NCBI RefSeq assembly: GCF_003945235.1
Contig: NZ_RSDW01000001.1
Location: 4,620,001 to 4,652,000 of the forward strand
Reading direction: 5' to 3'
Length of the DNA: 32,000 nucleotides
From: Edaphobacter aggregans
Lineage (GTDB): Bacteria; Acidobacteriota; Terriglobia; Terriglobales; Acidobacteriaceae
The position numbers were made by a program, and so were the translations under genes. Under the pieces are notes generated by a model. It did not search any database. It was given only the letters and a program-made list of their open reading frames with translations, and was not told the DNA's origin. Shown here piece by piece: positions 27,749 through 32,000 of this stretch (positions are counted from its first letter, which is position 1; the number at the start of each line of letters is the position of its first letter).

Positions 27749-30700
27749 CTATTCTGTGGAGGCTTCCTCCAAGTGCAGGTGATGGGCTGGTTTCTGCCGG
27801 AGTAAGAGGGGAAGGATGAAGAGGATGGCGATGATGGTGGTGATCATGCCTCCTACGACGACGCGGGCGAGGGGTTGCTGGGCCTGGGCTCCGATGCCGT
27901 TGGAAAGTGCGGCGGGGAGAAGGCCTAAGCCGGCAGCGAGGCAGGCCATGACTACGGGGCGCATCTCGTCGACGCAGCCGTGTTCGAGGCCGGTGCCGTC
28001 GATGCTTTCGCGTTGGGCTCGGCGGACTCCGGACATGAAGACGACGCAGCCTAGGGTCGCTACGCCGATGAGAGAGGTGAAGCCGACGGCAGCGGAGATG
28101 CTGAAGGGTGTGCGGGTGAGGAAGAGTGAGACGGCTCCGCCAACGGCTGCAAAGGGCAGTGTGGCGACGACGATGAAGGCGTCCTTCCACGTGCTGAACT
28201 GCATGTAGAGAAGGATGACGATGATGGCCAGTGAGATGGGGATGATGACGGCGAGGCGAGCCTGTTCTTTACGGAGGGAGTCGAACTCTCCCGCCCATGT
28301 GTAGTTGTAGCCGGTGGGGAGAGGGACTTGCTGCTTGAGTTTGGCTTGCAGCTCGGTGATGGTGGTGGCCAGGTCGCGACCGCGCACGGAGAACTTGATG
28401 GGGATGTAGCGGCGTCCGCCTTCGCGATAGATCATGAAGCTGCCTTCGCGGATGGAGACGTCGGCGATTTGGCCGAGGGGAATGCGGCCTCCGTCAGCGG
28501 TGGGGACGAGGATGGCGCGGATGGCTTCGGGGGTGCTGCGGTTGGCTTCGGGGTAGCGTACGGTGAGGTCGAAGCGGCGGTCTCCCTGGATGACCTGGGA
28601 GATGGGGGCACCGCCGATTGCGGCCTGAACGGCGGCGTTGATGTCACCGGCGAGGATGCCGAAGCGGGCGGCTTTGGCGCGGTCGATCTGGATGACGAGT
28701 GAGGGTTGGCCTCCGACTTTGAAGACGCCTACGTCGGCGACGCCGGGGACTGACTTCATGACTTGCTCGATCTTGTCGGAGAGGCTGGTGAGGGTGTCGA
28801 AGTCGTCGCCGAAGAGCTTGAGGGAGTTTTCGCCTTTGACGCCGGACATGGCTTCTTCGACGTTGTCCTGGATGTTCTGGGAGAAGTTGAGTTCGATGCC
28901 GGGGAAGCGGGAGAGGCGGCGGTTCATCTCGTCGATGAGTTGCGGCTTGGTGAGGCCGGCGCGCCATTCTTCCTGCGGCTTAAGAGCGACGGAGACTTCG
29001 ATGTTGTTGAACGTAGAGACGTCGGTGCCGTCGTCGGGGCGGCCCATTTGCGAGACTGTTTGGGTGACCTCGGGGGATTGGGCGATGACGGCGCGGATCT
29101 GGTTGGCTAGGTTGGCAGAGGTGTCGAAGGAGATGTCCTGCGGGAGGGTGGCGCGAATCCAGAGGTTGCCTTCTTCGAGGGGAGGCATGAACTCGCCGCC
29201 GACGAGGACGAAGCAGAGGACTCCGAGGGCTAGCATCGCGGCTGCACCGATCCAGACGATGGACGTGTAGCGAAGGGCGTGGTGAAGGAGGTACTGGTAG
29301 CGATTGCGGAGGCCTCGGCTGAGCCAGGTGTAGCCGTCGCCGACCTTTTGCTCGGTGGGCGCGGTGACGTAGCCGAGGACGGGGGCGAAGATGAGGGCGA
29401 AGAGGAGTGCTCCGAGGAGAGCGAATCCATAGGTGACGGACATCGGGGAGAAGATTTGTCCGGCGACGCCCTGCATGGTGAAGAGGGGGATGAAGGCGAT
29501 GAGGATGATGGCGGTGGAGAAGAGAACCGGACGTGCGGCGTCGGTGACGCCTTCGACGATGAGGTCGCCGGTTTCTTCACCGGGGACTCGGCGGGAGAGC
29601 TTTCGGTAGATGCTTTCGAGGACGATGATGGAGGAGTCGACGAGGATGCCGAAGTCGATGGCACCGATGGAGATGAGGTTGGCGGAGCGGCCTGTCAGCA
29701 CCATCATGCCGAAGGCGAAGAGGACAGCGAAGGGAATCGTGACTGCTGCGATGAAGGTGATACGGAGGTCGCCGAGCATCGACAGAAGTACGAGCGTGAC
29801 GAGGATGAGGCCGGTGATGATGACTTCGCGGACGGTGTGGGTGGTGCGATTGATGAGCGTCGTGCGGTCATAGATGGTGCTGATGTGCATGCCCGGGGGA
29901 AGGAGGCTGCCGGTGTTGAGGCTGGCGATCTTTTCCTTGAGGGCTTTGAGGGCGGGGAGAGATTTTTCTTCCTTCTGGAGGAGGACGATGCCGAGGACGA
30001 TGTCGTCCTGCTTGTCGCGGCCTACCTGGCCGAGGCGTGGCTGGAAGCCTTCGGTGACTGTGGCGATGTCGCGAACGGTGATGGGCGTGCCGTTCTTTTC
30101 GGCGACGACGATGGAGCCGATGTCGTCGGTGTTATGGACCTGTCCGAGGGCGCGGACGTTGACATTTTGATTGCCTAGCTGGAGGTAGTTGCCGCCGGCG
30201 TTGGCGTTGGAGGACTGGATGGCGTTGAGGACCTGCGGGAGGGTGACGCCGTAGCTGATGAGCTTGTTGGGGTCGGTCTCTACCTGATACTGGCGAGTGG
30301 TGCCGCCGAAGGTGGTGATGTCGATGATGCCGGGGACTTGCTTGAGTTCCCGGCGGACGAGCCAGTCCTGGGTGGCCTTGATCTCGTTGAGGGTGTAGCC
30401 GGGGCCGACGAGTTGGTAACGATAGATTTCGCCGATCGGCGACCACGGTGAGAGTTGCGGCTGGAGGTTGTTGGGCAGGCTCAGGGTCTGGAGGCGATTG
30501 AGGACCTCTTGACGGTCGCGGAAGTAGTCGCTGTCGAAGCTGAAGTAGAGCTTGACGTCGGAGAGGCCGAAGATGGAGATGGAACGAACCTGATCGAGGT
30601 GTGGGGTGCCGTTGAGCGTGGTTTCGACGGGCACGGTGACTTGTTGCTCCATCTCTTCGGCGGACCATGAGGGATTCTGGGTGATGATTTCGACGAGCGG

Positions 30701-30829
30701 TGGCGAGGGGTCGGGGTAGGCTTCGATGTCGAGGCGCGTGAGGGCGAATGCGCCGATTGCGAGCATGACGGCGAAGATGATCAGGACGATGGCGCGGTAG
30801 CGGATGAAGAGGCGAATGAGTGATTGCAC
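27749..30829 (-). CDS. Heavy-metal-efflux type RND transporter permease (CzcA/CusA family)
   Basis: 1026 aa with 12-TM RND architecture. TM4 AIDFGILVDSSIIVLES matches the CzcA-like D..D..E proton-relay pattern. GTG start. Confidence 0.93.
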   Translation of the reverse strand: MQSLIRLFIRYRAIVLIIFAVMLAIGAFALTRLDIEAYPDPSPPLVEIITQNPSWSAEEMEQQVTVPVETTLNGTPHLDQVRSISIFGLSDVKLYFSFDSDYFRDRQEVLNRLQTLSLPNNLQPQLSPWSPIGEIYRYQLVGPGYTLNEIKATQDWLVRRELKQVPGIIDITTFGGTTRQYQVETDPNKLISYGVTLPQVLNAIQSSNANAGGNYLQLGNQNVNVRALGQVHNTDDIGSIVVAEKNGTPITVRDIATVTEGFQPRLGQVGRDKQDDIVLGIVLLQKEEKSLPALKALKEKIASLNTGSLLPPGMHISTIYDRTTLINRTTHTVREVIITGLILVTLVLLSMLGDLRITFIAAVTIPFAVLFAFGMMVLTGRSANLISIGAIDFGILVDSSIIVLESIYRKLSRRVPGEETGDLIVEGVTDAARPVLFSTAIILIAFIPLFTMQGVAGQIFSPMSVTYGFALLGALLFALIFAPVLGYVTAPTEQKVGDGYTWLSRGLRNRYQYLLHHALRYTSIVWIGAAAMLALGVLCFVLVGGEFMPPLEEGNLWIRATLPQDISFDTSANLANQIRAVIAQSPEVTQTVSQMGRPDDGTDVSTFNNIEVSVALKPQEEWRAGLTKPQLIDEMNRRLSRFPGIELNFSQNIQDNVEEAMSGVKGENSLKLFGDDFDTLTSLSDKIEQVMKSVPGVADVGVFKVGGQPSLVIQIDRAKAARFGILAGDINAAVQAAIGGAPISQVIQGDRRFDLTVRYPEANRSTPEAIRAILVPTADGGRIPLGQIADVSIREGSFMIYREGGRRYIPIKFSVRGRDLATTITELQAKLKQQVPLPTGYNYTWAGEFDSLRKEQARLAVIIPISLAIIVILLYMQFSTWKDAFIVVATLPFAAVGGAVSLFLTRTPFSISAAVGFTSLIGVATLGCVVFMSGVRRAQRESIDGTGLEHGCVDEMRPVVMACLAAGLGLLPAALSNGIGAQAQQPLARVVVGGMITTIIAILFILPLLLRQKPAHHLHLEEASTE

Positions 30830-30831
30830 GC

Positions 30832-31947
30832 TTATTCTCCGCTGGTGGGACGGAGAAGAGCTCCGCCAACTGTGACGACCTTCTCGCCGTCGTTTAGACC
30901 GGTGAGGATTTCGATGTTTCTTACGCCGCCTGAGTCGAAGGTGCGTCCGATGGTGACGGTGCGCTGATCGAACTTGCCGGAGGCGTTAGGGATGAAGACG
31001 AAGGTTCGGTCGCCCTCGTGGAGCACGGCTGTTGCGGGCAGGATGACGGCGTTCCTGACTGCTCCAGGGATGCGGATGGTGGCGAACATGTCGGTTTTGA
31101 GTGTGTGCCTTGGGTTGGGCAGGACGACGCGCAGCTTGAGAGTGCGGGTGGTGGGATCGAGCGCATCACCAATGTTGTCGATGTGGCCGGTGAGTTTGAG
31201 GTCGGGGAAGGCGTTGATACGAATCTCAACCTGGCGGCCCGGCTTGACGGAGGACAGATCGCGCTCGAAGGCGTCTCCCAGGATCCAGACGGTGTCGATG
31301 TTTGCGATGGTGGCGATGGCGTTGGCGTTGTCGAGAGAGCGCTGCATCTCGCCGGCGGCGGAGCCGATGTCGAGGACGACGCCGGAGATGGGGGAGCGGA
31401 GGTAGACTTCGTCGGAGACGCCGTCTTCTGCGAAGCCTAGTTCATGGATGCGCTGACGGGCGCGTTCCAGTTCGGAGTGCGCGGCCTGCGCTGTCGCCTC
31501 AAGTTCGTAGTAATCGGCCTGCGAGAGGACGTCGTGCTGGAGGAGGAGTTTGCCGCGGGTGAGTGCGCGATCGGCGCGGATGACTTCTATTTTGGCTTTC
31601 TCGAAGTCGGAGCGAGCGGCGGCGATGTCGCTGCTTTGAAGCTGCGCGATGACGTCACCTTTCTTGACCTCCTGACCGGGCAGGACGCGGAGGCCGAGCA
31701 TGCGTCCGCTGAGGGGAGGAAAGATGTGGACAACCTTTGAGGGGTCGGCGGAGACACGGGCAGGGACTTCGAGGTAGTCGGTGCTCTGCTGGACGTGGGC
31801 GATGGAAGTCTCGACGCCGACGTTGGAGGGCTGATTTTCGACTGCAGGCGGAGGCGTGGACTTGCACGCTGTGAGCGGCGCGACGATGAGCGAGAGCAGA
31901 AGGAGGGATTCAGTTCGTGGCACGAATGTTTTCATGAGCGCTTTCAT
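30832..31947 (-). CDS. RND efflux periplasmic adaptor (membrane fusion protein, CzcB/CusB-like), lipoprotein
   Basis: MKALMKTFVPRTESLLLLSLIVAPLTACKS has a signal peptide and lipobox, which favours ATG 31947 (or 31935) over the ORF-track start at 31998. It has the lipoyl/barrel-sandwich hybrid and beta-barrel pattern of the MFP family. Its stop lies 2 nt before the RND start. Confidence 0.88.
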   Translation of the reverse strand: MKALMKTFVPRTESLLLLSLIVAPLTACKSTPPPAVENQPSNVGVETSIAHVQQSTDYLEVPARVSADPSKVVHIFPPLSGRMLGLRVLPGQEVKKGDVIAQLQSSDIAAARSDFEKAKIEVIRADRALTRGKLLLQHDVLSQADYYELEATAQAAHSELERARQRIHELGFAEDGVSDEVYLRSPISGVVLDIGSAAGEMQRSLDNANAIATIANIDTVWILGDAFERDLSSVKPGRQVEIRINAFPDLKLTGHIDNIGDALDPTTRTLKLRVVLPNPRHTLKTDMFATIRIPGAVRNAVILPATAVLHEGDRTFVFIPNASGKFDQRTVTIGRTFDSGGVRNIEILTGLNDGEKVVTVGGALLRPTSGE

Positions 31948-32000
31948 GGGATGATGTCCGTCGCGGTGGCGAAGCTGAGTTGATGGATAGCGAGCCATAC

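Noticed and set aside
27399-30869. Multiple long alternative-frame and antisense ORFs within the RND transporter and anti-sigma region (e.g. 27399-28190, 28644-28967, 29230-29664, 29279-30178, 30132-30869)
   Set aside because: The translations are Arg/Pro/His- or Asp/Gly/Glu-rich low complexity typical of off-frame GC-rich sequence. The 1026-aa CzcA-like frame explains the region.

Overview
GC-rich chromosomal window (about 60% in the coding rows I hand-counted) with compact, mostly housekeeping content. A tandem-domain nadA-motif NAD+ riboswitch sits in front of nadA. Together with the gene content and the style of the intergenic repeats, it points to an acidobacterium (Acidobacteriaceae/Terriglobia-like). 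Order, left to right: a TatA/B-like gene (partial, minus strand); NAD+ riboswitch-nadA-DUF2203; a Fur/PerR-type regulator followed by Mycobacterium-type ahpC-ahpD; an M28 peptidase (-); a 7-bladed beta-propeller lipoprotein; an SH3b lipoprotein; a DegT-family aminotransferase (-); hfq-hflX; an F1Fo ATP synthase operon b'-b-delta-alpha-gamma-beta-epsilon with no a/c genes here; a ~470-bp repeat-filled non-coding gap; a fused aroD-aroE (-); and pgeF. Next comes a ~1-kb low-GC islet holding a near-consensus promoter, a small wHTH ORF, a Leu-type tRNA and a hairpin-dense non-coding stretch. After it lie an SDR-TetR-SRPBCC accessory cluster, a Tat-exported metallophosphoesterase translationally coupled to a di-haem cytochrome c (-) and divergent from an ECF sigma/anti-sigma pair, and czcB/czcA-like heavy-metal RND efflux genes (-). 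I saw no CRISPR array, transposase, integrase or recognisable defence/toxin genes. The top observation is the tRNA at 21925-22008. It folds as a canonical class II tRNA-Leu but carries 5'-UUA-3' (not UAA) in the anticodon position, the ochre-suppressor configuration, in a window where 15 of 30 genes stop with TAA. Other points worth a look: the riboswitch sequestering the SD of a TTG-initiated nadA with a coupled DUF2203 gene, an ATP synthase b subunit with a signal-peptide-bearing N-terminal extension, a gamma subunit with two insertions, the coupled phosphoesterase/cytochrome c pair, and acidobacterial-style intergenic repeats. Everything here is hand reading of the sequence and ORF track. 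No search tools were run, and promoter and operator calls are tentative.
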